A stretch of 64,000 nt of DNA, taken from positions 160,001 through 224,000 of the forward strand of contig JAVRCV020000008.1 in the NCBI GenBank assembly GCA_034530615.2, given 5' to 3'. The position numbers and the translations under genes were made by a program. This stretch comes from Aulosira sp. ZfuVER01. Lineage in GTDB: Bacteria; Cyanobacteriota; Cyanobacteriia; Cyanobacteriales; Nostocaceae. Of this stretch, positions 41,177-52,153 are shown piece by piece. Under the pieces are notes generated by a model. It worked only from the letters and a program-made list of their open reading frames with translations, did not search any database and was not told the DNA's origin. Numbering within the stretch: the first letter of the stretch is position 1; the number at the start of each line of letters is the position of its first letter.

Positions 41177-42313
41177 ATGTCGGTGTGCGAATACAAGCCC
41201 GGTTTGGAAGGCATTCCTGCTGCCCAATCCAGTATCAGCTATGTTGACGGGCAAAAGGGAATACTAGAATATCGTGGTATCCGGATTGAGGAACTAGCAG
41301 CAAAAAGTACATTTCTGGAAACTGCTTATCTTCTAATCTGGGGTGAACTGCCAAGCAAGGAAGAATTGGAAGCATTTGAGGATGAAGTTCGCCACCATAG
41401 GCGGATTAAATATCGCATCCGGGATATGATGAAATGTTTTCCAGAAAGCGGTCACCCAATGGATGCTCTACAAGCTTCTGCTGCGGCATTAGGCTTGTTT
41501 TACTCCCGCAGGGATTTACATAATCCTGCCTATATTCGGGATTCAGTGGTTCGCTTAATAGCAACTATCCCCACAATGGTCGCGGCGTTTCAGTTGATGC
41601 GCAAGGGGAATGACCCTGTGCGACCGCGGGATGACTTAGACTACTCGGGCAACTTTCTGTATATGCTCCACGAGAAAGAACCCGATCCTTTGGCAGCAAG
41701 AATTTTTGATGTCTGCTTGATCCTTCATGTCGAGCATACGATGAATGCCTCTACCTTTAGTGCTAGGGTAACGGCTTCTACCCTCACCGACCCCTATGCG
41801 GTGGTTGCAAGTGCTGTGGGAACCTTGGGAGGCCCGTTGCATGGTGGAGCCAATGAAGAAGTGATTCAAATGCTCGAAGAGATTGGCTCGGTGGAGAATG
41901 TACGTCCTTATGTCGAAGATCTGCTACAACGCAAAGCTAAGATTATGGGCTTTGGACATCGTGTTTATAAGGTAAAAGACCCCAGAGCCACGATTTTGCA
42001 AGAATTGGCAGAAAAGTTGTTTTCCAAATATGGGGAAGACAAATATTATGAAATTGCCCAAGAGATGGAACGGGTAGTAGCAGAAAAAATCGGTCACAAA
42101 GGAATTTATCCTAATGTTGACTTTTATTCGGGTTTGGTGTATAGGAAAATGGGAATTCCCACAGACTTGTTTACACCAATTTTTGCGATCGCTCGTGTTG
42201 CTGGCTGGTTAGCGCACTGGAAAGAACAACTCGAAGAAAACCGGATTTTCCGTCCTACTCAGGTTTATAACGGTCGGCACGATATCCCTTATATTGGCAT
42301 TGACCAACGCTAA
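41177..42313 (+). CDS. gltA: Citrate synthase
   Basis: GLEGI, HVEHTMNASTF, GPLHGGANE, MGFGHRVYK, YPNVDFYSG. Confidence 0.97.
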   Translation: MSVCEYKPGLEGIPAAQSSISYVDGQKGILEYRGIRIEELAAKSTFLETAYLLIWGELPSKEELEAFEDEVRHHRRIKYRIRDMMKCFPESGHPMDALQASAAALGLFYSRRDLHNPAYIRDSVVRLIATIPTMVAAFQLMRKGNDPVRPRDDLDYSGNFLYMLHEKEPDPLAARIFDVCLILHVEHTMNASTFSARVTASTLTDPYAVVASAVGTLGGPLHGGANEEVIQMLEEIGSVENVRPYVEDLLQRKAKIMGFGHRVYKVKDPRATILQELAEKLFSKYGEDKYYEIAQEMERVVAEKIGHKGIYPNVDFYSGLVYRKMGIPTDLFTPIFAIARVAGWLAHWKEQLEENRIFRPTQVYNGRHDIPYIGIDQR

Positions 42314-42342
42314 TGGGCGGCCCGACTGCCAGTCTATACCAT

Positions 42343-42361
42343 CCCCCAAGTTTTTGGGGGA
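42343..42361. terminator. Hairpin after gltA
   Basis: tcccccaa-gtt-ttggggga stem. Confidence 0.5.
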
Positions 42362-42754
42362 ATCATAAATATTGTATGAAGCGAAGACCGTTGCCAAAAT
42401 GGAAGCGGAAGCTTTGTGTTGTCTTACTGGAAGAACATGAGATCTCAGAGAAGAGTAGAAGTAGGATTGAAGAAAATTCTCCTTGATTTACACCCTTTCC
42501 TTGCCTCAACTTTTCAATACTAGCTCTAAAGACAAATAAGGGTGTTGATGCGTAAATCTCAATCCTTTCCATAAGTAGAACTTCTATTTCTGTGAGAGGG
42601 GCTAAAACCATCCAACGATATACTAGGCATGGAATTAGCAATCAACATTCAATCAAGCATCTTATCGGTAGAGATATTAATGGGTGAACTTACAGGTATT
42701 AATTTCACTAATAGTTGTAACTCACCATGACTCGATGACTTAAAGAGCGGAAAC

Positions 42755-43873
42755 ATGAACTCAGGAATTGACCTCCAAGGAACTTTTATTAAATCCCTCA
42801 CGGATTTAGGATTACCACCAGATGCAGCCAAAGCTATTTGGATGCCTCTGCCAATGATACTGATGCTCATTGGGGCAACAGTGGGGGTACTAGTTGCCAC
42901 TTGGCTTGAGCGAAAAATTTCCGCAGCAGCCCAGCAGCGGATTGGCCCAGAATACATGGGGCCTTTTGGGTTGCTAGTGCCGGTCGCAGATGGTCTAAAG
43001 CTGGTATTTAAAGAAGATATAGTCCCAGCTAAATCCGATCCCTGGCTATTTACCCTCGGCCCAATTATTGTTGTAATTCCAGTGTTTCTGTCTTTTTTGA
43101 TTGTTCCCTTTGGACAGAATATTGTAATTACAAATGTGGGGATGGGAGTCTTTTTATGGATTGCCCTGTCTAGCATTCAACCAATTGGCTTGTTGATGGC
43201 TGGTTATGCATCCAATAACAAATACTCACTCTTAGGGGGCTTGCGGGCAGCAGCGCAGTCAATTAGCTATGAAATTCCCTTGGCGTTGAGCGTGCTAGCG
43301 ATCGCTATGATGTCTAACAGCCTCAGCACCGTTGATATTGTCAACCAGCAATCTGGCTACGGTATCTTAGGCTGGAATATATGGCGTCAACCTGTTGGGT
43401 TTCTGATTTTTTGGATAGCAGCCCTTGCTGAATGCGAACGCTTGCCCTTTGACTTACCCGAAGCAGAAGAAGAACTAGTAGCAGGTTATCAAACCGAATA
43501 TGCCGGAATGAAATTCGGTTTATTCTACCTAGGTTCCTATGTCAACTTGATACTTTCGAGCTTACTGGTTGCTATTTTATACCTAGGCGGTTGGGATTTT
43601 CCGATTCCGATTACTGCGATCGCTAATTGGTTGGGAGTCAGTGAAGCAAATCCCGTCTTGCAAGTAGTGACAGCTTCTTTGGGTATTATTATGACTGTAC
43701 TCAAAGCCTACTTACTAGTATTTGTTGCCATCCTGTTGCGCTGGACAGTACCACGGGTGCGGATTGACCAATTGTTAGATTTAGGATGGAAGTTTTTACT
43801 ACCAGTTGGTTTAGTTAATCTTCTATTAACCGCAGCCCTGAAACTAGCTTTTCCCGTCGCCTTTGGAGGTTAG
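42755..43873 (+). CDS. ndhA: NDH-1 subunit A (NuoH homologue)
   Basis: [42 protein letters not shown]. Confidence 0.97.
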   Translation: MNSGIDLQGTFIKSLTDLGLPPDAAKAIWMPLPMILMLIGATVGVLVATWLERKISAAAQQRIGPEYMGPFGLLVPVADGLKLVFKEDIVPAKSDPWLFTLGPIIVVIPVFLSFLIVPFGQNIVITNVGMGVFLWIALSSIQPIGLLMAGYASNNKYSLLGGLRAAAQSISYEIPLALSVLAIAMMSNSLSTVDIVNQQSGYGILGWNIWRQPVGFLIFWIAALAECERLPFDLPEAEEELVAGYQTEYAGMKFGLFYLGSYVNLILSSLLVAILYLGGWDFPIPITAIANWLGVSEANPVLQVVTASLGIIMTVLKAYLLVFVAILLRWTVPRVRIDQLLDLGWKFLLPVGLVNLLLTAALKLAFPVAFGG

Positions 43874-43903
43874 TGATTTGTCATTTGTCAAACTAATGAC
43901 AAA

Positions 43904-43950
43904 GCGCAAAGTCTGAGCGGAGGTTTCCTCCGATCAGAACTTTGTAAGAG
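43904..43950. repeat. ~47-nt palindromic SDR-like element within STRR tract
   Basis: gcgcaaagtctgagcggagg-ttt-cctccgatcagaactttgtaagag; related copy at 58951-59000. Confidence 0.6.
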
Positions 43951-43993
43951 ATGACTGATGACTAATGGCAAACAACAGAGAGAGTAAAACACA

Positions 43994-44578
43994 ATGCTAA
44001 AGTTCCTCAAACAAGTTGGCGATTATGCCAAAGAAGCAGTGCAAGCTGGTCGTTACATTGGTCAAGGGTTATCTGTCACCTTCGACCATATGCGGCGGCG
44101 GCCAATTACTGTACAGTATCCTTACGAAAAACTGATTCCTGGAGAACGATTTCGCGGCAGAATTCACTTTGAGTTTGATAAGTGTATTGCTTGCGAAGTT
44201 TGTGTGCGCGTTTGTCCTATCAACCTACCTGTAGTTGATTGGGAATTTGACAAAGCCAGCAAGAAGAAAAAGCTCAATCACTACAGCATTGACTTTGGAG
44301 TTTGTATCTTCTGTGGTAACTGTGTGGAATATTGCCCAACCAACTGTCTATCAATGACAGAGGATTATGAACTTTCCACTTACGATCGCCATGAGTTGAA
44401 CTATGACAACGTAGCATTGGGACGTTTGCCATACAAGGTAACAAATGACCCAATGGTGACACCACTACGGGAATTAGTTTACCTGCCCAAGGGCGTAATG
44501 GAACCCCACGATCTACCCGTCGATGCCCCCCGTGCTGGTGCGCTTCCACAAGACCTGGTAGAACAAGCAGAAAAATAA
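43994..44578 (+). CDS. ndhI: NDH-1 subunit I
   Basis: Two 4Fe-4S motifs [12 protein letters not shown] and [12 protein letters not shown]. Confidence 0.97.
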   Translation: MLKFLKQVGDYAKEAVQAGRYIGQGLSVTFDHMRRRPITVQYPYEKLIPGERFRGRIHFEFDKCIACEVCVRVCPINLPVVDWEFDKASKKKKLNHYSIDFGVCIFCGNCVEYCPTNCLSMTEDYELSTYDRHELNYDNVALGRLPYKVTNDPMVTPLRELVYLPKGVMEPHDLPVDAPRAGALPQDLVEQAEK

Positions 44579-44589
44579 ATGTAGTTAGT

Positions 44590-44660
44590 CATCTGTCCTT
44601 TGTCATTTGTCCTTTGCTAATGACTTAATGACCAATGATTAATGATTAATGATTAATGAC
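44590..44660. repeat. Heptamer STRR tract (TTTGTC[A/C] and AATGA[C/T]T units)
   Basis: tttgtcatttgtcctttg ... aatgacttaatgaccaatgattaatgattaatgattaatgac. Confidence 0.75.
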
Positions 44661-44683
44661 AACCGAATTGAGGGCAAAAAACA

Positions 44684-45337
44684 GTGAATCTAGCAGAAGG
44701 AGTACAGATTGTTTCCTTTGGCATACTGGCTGTAATGATGATTGGGGCAGCACTAGGTGTAGTGTTGTCTTCTAGTATCGTTTATTCTGCCTTTTTGCTT
44801 GGTGGCGTATTCATCAGCATCGCTGGGATGTACCTGTTACTAAATGGTGACTTTGTCGCCGCAGCACAAGTACTGATTTATGTTGGCGCAGTTAACGTGC
44901 TGATCTTGTTTGCGATCATGTTAGTTAACAAGCGGCAAGATTTCGCACCCTTTCCCAGCGCTGGGATACGGAAAATACTAACAGCTGTGGTCAGTCTGGG
45001 ATTATTTGGTCTTTTGAGTACGATGATCTTAGCAACCCCTTGGGCTTATGCAACTGCTCCTGTAGCTTTTGAAAGTTCCATCGTTTTGATTGGCCAGCAT
45101 TTCTTCACTGACTTTCTACTGCCTTTTGAATTGGCTTCTGTATTGTTGCTAATGGCAATGGTGGGAGCGATTATTTTGGCACGTCGCGAATACTTACCAG
45201 ACCAAGAAACTACTTCCGAACTGCCACAAACCGTTTTAACTTTGCCAGAACGCCCCAGAGAAATGGCAGCAATCGGTAACGTTAGCAATGAATCTGGTGA
45301 TTCTCCCGTTTATCGTGGCAGTTCTCGTCGCGAATGA
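44684..45337 (+). CDS. ndhG: NDH-1 subunit G (NuoJ homologue)
   Basis: AAQVLIYVGAVNVLILFAIML, FLLPFELASVLLL. Confidence 0.96.
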   Translation: MNLAEGVQIVSFGILAVMMIGAALGVVLSSSIVYSAFLLGGVFISIAGMYLLLNGDFVAAAQVLIYVGAVNVLILFAIMLVNKRQDFAPFPSAGIRKILTAVVSLGLFGLLSTMILATPWAYATAPVAFESSIVLIGQHFFTDFLLPFELASVLLLMAMVGAIILARREYLPDQETTSELPQTVLTLPERPREMAAIGNVSNESGDSPVYRGSSRRE

Positions 45338-45388
45338 TGAGCAACCAACAACTAACAACTGATCTCTGAATAAAAACTCCAAAGATTC

Positions 45389-45694
45389 ATGCAACTCCAG
45401 TACTTTTTATTACTTGCAGCCGCTTTGTTTTGTATTGGCATCTACGGTTTAATTACCAGTCGCAACGCTGTGCGGGTGCTGATGTCAATTGAGTTGCTGC
45501 TCAATGCTGTTAATTTGAATTTAATGGCATTTTCCAACTTCCTCGACTCAACATTAATTAAGGGTCAGGTTTTCACTGTATTTGTGATCACCGTGGCCGC
45601 AGCCGAAGCGGCGGTAGGGTTGGCGATCGTGCTTGCCATTTATCGCAACCGCGATACCGTCGATATGGAGCAGTTTAATCTCCTCAAGTGGTAA
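45389..45694 (+). CDS. ndhE: NDH-1 subunit E (NuoK homologue)
   Basis: [29 protein letters not shown]. Confidence 0.97.
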   Translation: MQLQYFLLLAAALFCIGIYGLITSRNAVRVLMSIELLLNAVNLNLMAFSNFLDSTLIKGQVFTVFVITVAAAEAAVGLAIVLAIYRNRDTVDMEQFNLLKW

Positions 45695-46621
45695 TTGTGC
45701 GTGCAACTCAAGCAGGTAATCATTGCTTATAAGGCGCGAGATGCCCAGAGTAAACGCTGGGCAGAAATCTGTGCCAAACAACTAGAAAATCGCCAATGTC
45801 AGGTCTTGATGGGGCCTAGCGGCCCAAAAGATAACCCTTACCCAGTGTTTTTGGCTTCCGTAGGTCAACCAATCGATCTGGCATTGGTACTTGGTGGTGA
45901 CGGCACGGTTTTGACTGGTGCCAGACATTTAGCTCCAGTTGGCATCCCCATTCTGGGAGTGAATGTGGGAGGTCATCTGGGGTTCTTAACTGAGTCAGTT
46001 GAAGAATTTCAAGATACGGAAAAAGTTTGGGACAGGCTGTTTGAAGACCGCTATGCTGTTCAGCGGCGGATGATGTTACAAGCAGCAGTGTTTGAAGGCT
46101 ATGGATCGAATTTAGAACCAGTAAGCGATCGCTATCTGGCTTTGAATGAATTCTGTGTTAAACCTGCTTCTGCCGATCGCATGATCACCTCAATTTTAGA
46201 AATGGAAATTGACGGTGAGATTGTCGATCAATATGTTGGCGATGGGTTAATTATTTCTACTCCCACTGGTTCTACTGGTTACACCGTTTCTGCCAACGGC
46301 CCCATTATGCACGATGGTATAGAAGCTGTCACCATCACTCCCATTTGTCCCATGAGTCTTTCTAGTCGTCCCCTGGTCTTACCACCTGGTTCTGTGGTTA
46401 GCATCTGGCCTTTGGGAGATTACGATTTAAGTACCAAGCTGTGGACAGACGGAGTTTTAGCCACTTCAATTTGGCCAGGACACCGCGTTGATGTGCGGAT
46501 GGCTGATTGTCGGGCAAAATTTATTATTTTGCGGGAGAACAATTCATATTATCAAACCCTGCGAGAAAAATTGCTTTGGGCAGGTACTAGGGTTCGCTAC
46601 AGTAATAATCACCGCAATTAA
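45695..46621 (+). CDS. nadK: NAD(+) kinase (probable start GTG 45701)
   Basis: LGGDGTVL, HLGFL, LNE, DGLIISTPTGSTGY. Confidence 0.95.
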   Translation: MCVQLKQVIIAYKARDAQSKRWAEICAKQLENRQCQVLMGPSGPKDNPYPVFLASVGQPIDLALVLGGDGTVLTGARHLAPVGIPILGVNVGGHLGFLTESVEEFQDTEKVWDRLFEDRYAVQRRMMLQAAVFEGYGSNLEPVSDRYLALNEFCVKPASADRMITSILEMEIDGEIVDQYVGDGLIISTPTGSTGYTVSANGPIMHDGIEAVTITPICPMSLSSRPLVLPPGSVVSIWPLGDYDLSTKLWTDGVLATSIWPGHRVDVRMADCRAKFIILRENNSYYQTLREKLLWAGTRVRYSNNHRN

Positions 46622-46728
46622 TGGTAAGTTCATTCCCTTTTTAGTTTGCTGCTCTTCTCTCCAATACAAAGAGCCATCTAAAAATTTTTGAACTATCGAC
46701 GATTCACAATTCACCTGTAAAAATTATG

Positions 46729-46760
46729 CAAGCCTACGGATAAATTCGTGGGCTTGTTGC
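46729..46760 (+). terminator. Terminator-like hairpin after ndh-nadK operon
   Basis: caagcctacgga-taaa-ttcgtgggcttg with G-U pairs on + strand. Confidence 0.55.
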
Positions 46761-47258
46761 CTGTTTTGGCATAAATAGATAAATAAAATGCTTAAGAGAA
46801 AAATTCTGTATCTTATTGCCAGATTTTTTCGGCAATTATGTTCATAATACTAACACACCATTCTTCCCCTCTCTAATTATTTCAAATTTCTTTGACAAAC
46901 AGAGGGTATCTTAAAAGAAATTGCGATCAATGCGATTACTTATAAGAAAATCCGATTCAATTAAGGGAAGTTAGGGTTATGAAAACCCACATATTTATCT
47001 GTGTGCATCGCCGTATATCGGCAGTTAATTATTCTGATCTGAACCTTATTACTCTAGAAGAGGTTTTGACCAGAAGTTAAGATAACTCAACTTACTAAAA
47101 ATTGAAGGAGAATTTCTCAAAAATAACCTATACAAGCAAGCATAATTATCTACAAGATAAGACCCCTAGCGCTTCAATAATTAAATAAATAATTTAGTCT
47201 ATTTGCGTACCGCCTAAATTCTAATAGGATATTTTCCCCATTCCCAGTAGGAAGACGG

Positions 47259-48062
47259 ATGGACATTTCTTGCCACGACACTGATAAACCACTGAATCCT
47301 GCTTCAAAATTAATAGATTTTCCTGTACTTCAAAGCAAAAGCTATATCTTAAAGCTGGCTGCGACTAAAGAAGAATTAGAATCAGTATTCCGTTTGCGCT
47401 TTGAAGTTTTTAATCTTGAACTAGGTCGAGGATTTTCTAATTCTAGCCTTACCCAAATGGATCGAGATAGGTTTGATGCAGTTTGCCATCATTTAATGCT
47501 GATTTCTAAATTGACTGGTAAAACAATTGGCACCTATCGGATGCAAACCTATACAATGGCTTCTCAAGGATTGGGTTTTGATGCTGCTGATATCTTTAAT
47601 CTTAATGGTATTCCTGACGCTATTCTTCGGATGTCTGTGGAAGTGGGACGTGCCTGTATAGCTCAAGAATACCGTAATAGTCAAGCATTATTATTGCTCT
47701 GGGAAGGACTAGCAAATTATCTAATCCGCAGTAAAAGCAAATATTTTTTTGGTTGTGCATCTTTACTAACACAAAATTATTGGCAAGCGGCTTGTGCTTA
47801 TCATTATTTTATGGCCAATAAGTTGATGCATCCTAGTATTTTGGTTTATCCAAATCCACAATACTCTATAGAAATTCCCCAAAACTGTCCAGATTCATGT
47901 AATGTCACTATTCCTAATATCGTGCAAGCATACTTGAATATTGGTGCAAAAATATGTAGTCTGCCAGCTATTGATCGACAGTTCCAAACCATTGATTTTT
48001 TAACTATATCGAATATTGAAGAGTTGACTAGATGGCATTCTCAAAGTTTACTGAGAAAGTAG
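47259..48062 (+). CDS. GNAT-family N-acyltransferase (OlsB/putative hemolysin type)
   Basis: RLRFEVFNLELG, DRDRFDAVCHHL, GTYRMQ, EVGRACI, FFGCAS, YLNIGAKICS. Confidence 0.85.
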   Translation: MDISCHDTDKPLNPASKLIDFPVLQSKSYILKLAATKEELESVFRLRFEVFNLELGRGFSNSSLTQMDRDRFDAVCHHLMLISKLTGKTIGTYRMQTYTMASQGLGFDAADIFNLNGIPDAILRMSVEVGRACIAQEYRNSQALLLLWEGLANYLIRSKSKYFFGCASLLTQNYWQAACAYHYFMANKLMHPSILVYPNPQYSIEIPQNCPDSCNVTIPNIVQAYLNIGAKICSLPAIDRQFQTIDFLTISNIEELTRWHSQSLLRK

Positions 48063-48085
48063 ATTCCTCTAAAAAAACTTAGGTA

Positions 48086-48484
48086 TCAATTAGAGTGAGT
48101 ACTAACAACAGCATCTACTTCAATTTCAATCAACATTGTTGGTTCTATTAAAGATTTCACTTCTACCATAGTTGTAGCTGGCGGATTTTCTCCCAAAAAT
48201 TCTTGATGTGCTTTGCCAAATTCCACCCAACGGCTAATATCTGTAACGAACATTCTAGTTCTTACCACATTACTGAGGTCTGCATCTAAGTCTTTCAAAG
48301 CTTGTTGGATAATTTCAAAACAGCGTTTTGCTTGTGCATAAGCATCACCAGGAGCAAAGACTCCACCTGTTGCATCAATTGGTGCAGTTCCAGAAATATA
48401 AATTTGGTTTTCCACTCTTAAGCCACGACAGTAACCTACTTTAGATTCCCAAACAGTGCCAGAAAATATCCGTTGGATTTGCAT
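48086..48484 (-). CDS. RidA/YjgF family protein
   Basis: WESKVGYCRG, ISGTAP, VVRTRMFVTDI, PATTMVEV..LIEIEVDA. Confidence 0.92.
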   Translation of the reverse strand: MQIQRIFSGTVWESKVGYCRGLRVENQIYISGTAPIDATGGVFAPGDAYAQAKRCFEIIQQALKDLDADLSNVVRTRMFVTDISRWVEFGKAHQEFLGENPPATTMVEVKSLIEPTMLIEIEVDAVVSTHSN

Positions 48485-48740
48485 AGTACACCAAGTAAAA
48501 TGGTAACTTAAAAAATTTTATTATAGATTGGCATCTCAACACTTATTCGTTTTAATGGTGTTTATTGCATCTAGGAAAATTGATTTTGTAATTAATAAAG
48601 CAACTCAAACTTGTATAACGACCCAATTTTTGAAATCTAGATAAAAATTACCTACCTAAATTTTTAATAAATTCTCAGCTTAAATTAATTTTGTTTATAG
48701 TGCAAAGCCTTAAATTATTCTTAGAGAAGAATTTAAGGAC

Positions 48741-49208
48741 ATGAGCGCTATGAAGTTCAAGCATTTAGCTATTTTAAGTCTCATTGCTGTCATAGCTATA
48801 GGCTGTGCAAAGGAAAGTACCTCAAATCAGACAGATATTCAAACAACGCCTAAAACAACTGTAGCTATTTCTGGTGCAGAGGTTGGAGCGTTTAAGGCTG
48901 GAGAACAGCCTACTCAGGGAAAAGTGAAAGTTGTCACTGAAAAAGGAAACCTCTACTTAGAGTTCGATCAAAATTTTAAAACTAATCAAGGGCCAGATTT
49001 ATATGTGATTTTGTATCGTTCTGATAATCCGCCAATATCTGGCATTAAAGAGAAAGATTATCTGAGCATTGCTCGCTTACAAAAAACAAGCGGTACTCAA
49101 CGCTATGCTTTACCTGAAAAAGTGAAGCTAGGAGAATTTAAATCTGTAGCGATATGGTGTCGTAAATTTAATGCTACTTTCGGCTATGCTCCTTTGGAGA
49201 GTAGTTAA
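48741..49208 (+). CDS. DM13 domain lipoprotein
   Basis: Lipobox IAIGC; GPDLYVIL, SGTQRYALP, VAIWCRKFNATFGYA. Confidence 0.9.
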   Translation: MSAMKFKHLAILSLIAVIAIGCAKESTSNQTDIQTTPKTTVAISGAEVGAFKAGEQPTQGKVKVVTEKGNLYLEFDQNFKTNQGPDLYVILYRSDNPPISGIKEKDYLSIARLQKTSGTQRYALPEKVKLGEFKSVAIWCRKFNATFGYAPLESS

Positions 49209-49342
49209 AAAATGCAATAAGTAAAACTATCTTACAAAAAAGCGTTAGGGCGAAGGAATAATAGCTTTTTATAGAGGTCAAGTTGTTATCTAGAAGGTAG
49301 CAATATAAGTTAGTGTGTTGACTCTTCACTACTGACTGATTA

Positions 49343-50095
49343 ATGATAATTAATTGTTTAGCAAATAGGTCATATATGCAATTAGCTGATTTTTTGGGAC
49401 TGATACATCCGGCGATCGCAGTGATTTTTGTCTTTCCACTTATTGGCACTGTAGTAAATTTCGCATGGCAAACACGCCAACGGCGTTTACAAACTGTCGC
49501 TGGTGGTAAAAGTAAAATACCTCCAGTAGTTGGTTCAGAACATAAACATTTAGGGGAGCGGCTAACAAGTGCAGTTGTTGGTTTAACTTTAGTTGGTTTA
49601 GCCTATGCAATTGGTAAAAATATTGTCACACATCAATTATGGGCTACAGCAACTTTCAAAGTAGCTTTTATTGTATTGATGTTTGCTGCTACTATTACAT
49701 CTTTAGTCTTACTCTATCAAGCAAAGCAGCGTCTTTGGCGGGGAGTTTTTGCGACTTTAACGGGTACAGGTTTAGTGATTCTTGGCTGTCAAGATGGAGT
49801 GTTTCGCCGTACAAATGAGTGGTATTGGTCGCATTACTATATTGGTATTACCGCAGCTTTACTGATGATTTTTTCTGTAGCAATTGTCCAAGATATTTAT
49901 CAGGATAGATCCCATCGCAGGCGCATTGCCCATACAATTTTAAATTGTGTTGCTCTATTACTATTTATTGGGCAAGGATTTACAGGAACACGAGACTTAC
50001 TAGAAATTCCCCTCAGTTGGCAAGAACCCTATATTTACCAGTGTGATTTTGTTAATAAAACTTGTTCCACACCAAATCCTCAAGTACCAAAGTGA
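49343..50095 (+). CDS. DUF4079 family membrane protein (probable start ATG 49376)
   Basis: LIHPAIAV, WQTRQRR, EHKHLG, SHYYIG, HTILN, GTRDLLEIP; conserved His in TM helices. Confidence 0.82.
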   Translation: MIINCLANRSYMQLADFLGLIHPAIAVIFVFPLIGTVVNFAWQTRQRRLQTVAGGKSKIPPVVGSEHKHLGERLTSAVVGLTLVGLAYAIGKNIVTHQLWATATFKVAFIVLMFAATITSLVLLYQAKQRLWRGVFATLTGTGLVILGCQDGVFRRTNEWYWSHYYIGITAALLMIFSVAIVQDIYQDRSHRRRIAHTILNCVALLLFIGQGFTGTRDLLEIPLSWQEPYIYQCDFVNKTCSTPNPQVPK

Positions 50096-51513
50096 ATTCT
50101 ATAAACCAAATTTTGTCAAAATTTGATCCTTTTTCGTTACGAGTACGTTTAACGATTGGCATTGCTGCATTCTCAACATTGGGATTAGGTAGCCTCGCTA
50201 TTTGGACTAGTTGGAAAATGCAGCAGATTCTAATTAATAGCCATAAATATAATATTGAACAAATTGCCGATCGCCTACCCCGTGATGTCCAAATCTATAG
50301 CGAAATGATGTCGCCAGAGCAAGGTTTAAAAAAGTCTGTTGATAGTTTAATTAATAGTAATATCTTTATCTGGATAAAAAGCCCTGAAAATAAAATTATT
50401 GCCAAATCTAATAATTGGAATCAGCTATCGGATGCAGCTGGATCTGAGTTAATGTCTCTCACTGAGATGTCAGTTAAACCGCAAGTAACTAAAGTTAAGC
50501 AGCGCTACTTTGTTTTATGCGGTGGTTCATTACCAATCAAGGGGAATGTACTAGGAAATTTATTCGTGGTACAGGATGTTACCCGCGAACAAACGATGTA
50601 TTTGGCAATGGTGCAAAGTTTAGGGATTGCTAGTAGTTTGGTAATTATTATAATTTCCCTAGCGATCGCATTTTATATCCACCGTTCTCTTAAACCTCTG
50701 CGTCAACTTAGCCAAATGACAGAAGTCATTTCCGCAGCAGATTTACCGGAAGCACAATTATCTATTGATAAAGCACCTAGCGAAGTTAAAGAATTAGCTC
50801 AAACCTTTAATATGTTGTTATCGCGCCTCTCTCAATCTTGGGAGCAAGAGCGACAGTTTGTGAGTAATGTTTCTCATGAATTACGCACGCCATTAACAAT
50901 TGTGCATGGTTATTTACAAAGTGTATTACGTCGGCAAAATAATTTAACAGCAACTCAATTAGAAGCTTTAGAAACTGCGGCTTTAGAGGCAGAACATACC
51001 ATCCGTCTTTTGCAAGACTTACTTGATTTAGCACGGGCAGATAGTGGCTATCTGCATTTTAATATAGACCCTTGTGTGCTGAATGACTTAATTGTAGAAG
51101 TTGTTGGCATGGCACATAAGTATAGCGATCGCCAAATTATTATTGAAGCTACAAACCAGACAATTGAGGTAAAAGCAGACTATAATCGCCTCAAACAAGT
51201 ATTGTTAAATTTAATTGATAATGCTATTAAATATTCTGAAGCTGAGACTTCAGTGATTGTGAAATTAAATCAGCAAGGTGAAGAGGCAATTATTCAAGTT
51301 TGTGACAACGGTTATGGTATACCGCTGCAACATCAATCTCGTATTTTTGAGCGATTTTATCGGGTAGATGAAAATCGGAACCGTTCTACTGGGGGTTCTG
51401 GTTTGGGGTTGTCGATTGTGAAAACGCTGATAGAAAGTATGGGTGGGAGTGTAAGTGTGCGATCGCGCTTAGGTGAGGGTAGTGTATTTACAATTAGTTT
51501 ACCTACGTCATAA
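50062..51513 (+). CDS. Membrane sensor histidine kinase with HAMP (probable start GTG 50092, overlapping upstream stop)
   Basis: Two TMs, HAMP, SHELRTPLT, NLIDNAIKYS, DNGYGI, GGSGLGL. Confidence 0.93.
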   Translation: MFHTKSSSTKVNSINQILSKFDPFSLRVRLTIGIAAFSTLGLGSLAIWTSWKMQQILINSHKYNIEQIADRLPRDVQIYSEMMSPEQGLKKSVDSLINSNIFIWIKSPENKIIAKSNNWNQLSDAAGSELMSLTEMSVKPQVTKVKQRYFVLCGGSLPIKGNVLGNLFVVQDVTREQTMYLAMVQSLGIASSLVIIIISLAIAFYIHRSLKPLRQLSQMTEVISAADLPEAQLSIDKAPSEVKELAQTFNMLLSRLSQSWEQERQFVSNVSHELRTPLTIVHGYLQSVLRRQNNLTATQLEALETAALEAEHTIRLLQDLLDLARADSGYLHFNIDPCVLNDLIVEVVGMAHKYSDRQIIIEATNQTIEVKADYNRLKQVLLNLIDNAIKYSEAETSVIVKLNQQGEEAIIQVCDNGYGIPLQHQSRIFERFYRVDENRNRSTGGSGLGLSIVKTLIESMGGSVSVRSRLGEGSVFTISLPTS

Positions 51514-51542
51514 ATCAGCTTTGCCGAATCTAGGGATGAATA

Positions 51543-51704
51543 TCTCACACAAAGGTGAGGACACTTGCGTGGGCGGGTTCCCCGACTTGTAGACGCTGGA
51601 GGCGGCTACTCTTACGAGAACGCCTGACAGCGAACCCACAGGGTAGCAAGTGGCATGGATTTATGGGAATTCTAGATATGTGCAACTTCACATTAAATTG
51701 GTAT
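51543..51704. mobile_element. Nested SDR-like repeats inside a degenerate repeat element
   Basis: gaggacacttgcgtgggcgggttccccgacttg[tagacgctggaggcggct[actcttacgagaacgcctgacagcgaac]ccacagggt]agcaagtggc; GC-rich in AT-rich spacer. Confidence 0.6.
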
Positions 51705-52153
51705 CAAACTCATTTCCTAATAACCTCTTTTTAACTAGGCTGTCACCTTTAAGGATAAAAAGGTTATTTTCAGTAGTTGACAAAAAGATATTTACATAAA
51801 AACCTTATATATCAAGGTTTTAGGCGTTGTGATAGATGTGAATAAACACGCGATCGCCAAATAATCTTCTGAAATACAACACATTTGCAATCTCTAGTTG
51901 CAGATTTAGCTGCTGCACAATAACCTTTTTGATATCATCTATCATCCAAAAGATAGATTTTCAACGTTAAAATTATTACATAGACTAATTTACAAACAGT
52001 AACAAAAATATTATTCTAAAGCTTAACAGTACGCCTTTAGCAAGTGAAACGAAAGAATTTAACCTCAGTAATTTCACTATAGATAAGAGTACGGCAGTTA
52101 AAACTAAATAATAACTGTTTTTGTTGAAAATCTCTCATTCTTTTATAAATTAA

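Noticed and set aside
42363..43176. Antisense/shadow ORFs (42363..42641, 42649..43176 and similar short ORFs inside psbA, cheA, MCP, ppc)
   Set aside because: Overlap well-supported genes on the other strand or frame, or have no recognisable motifs
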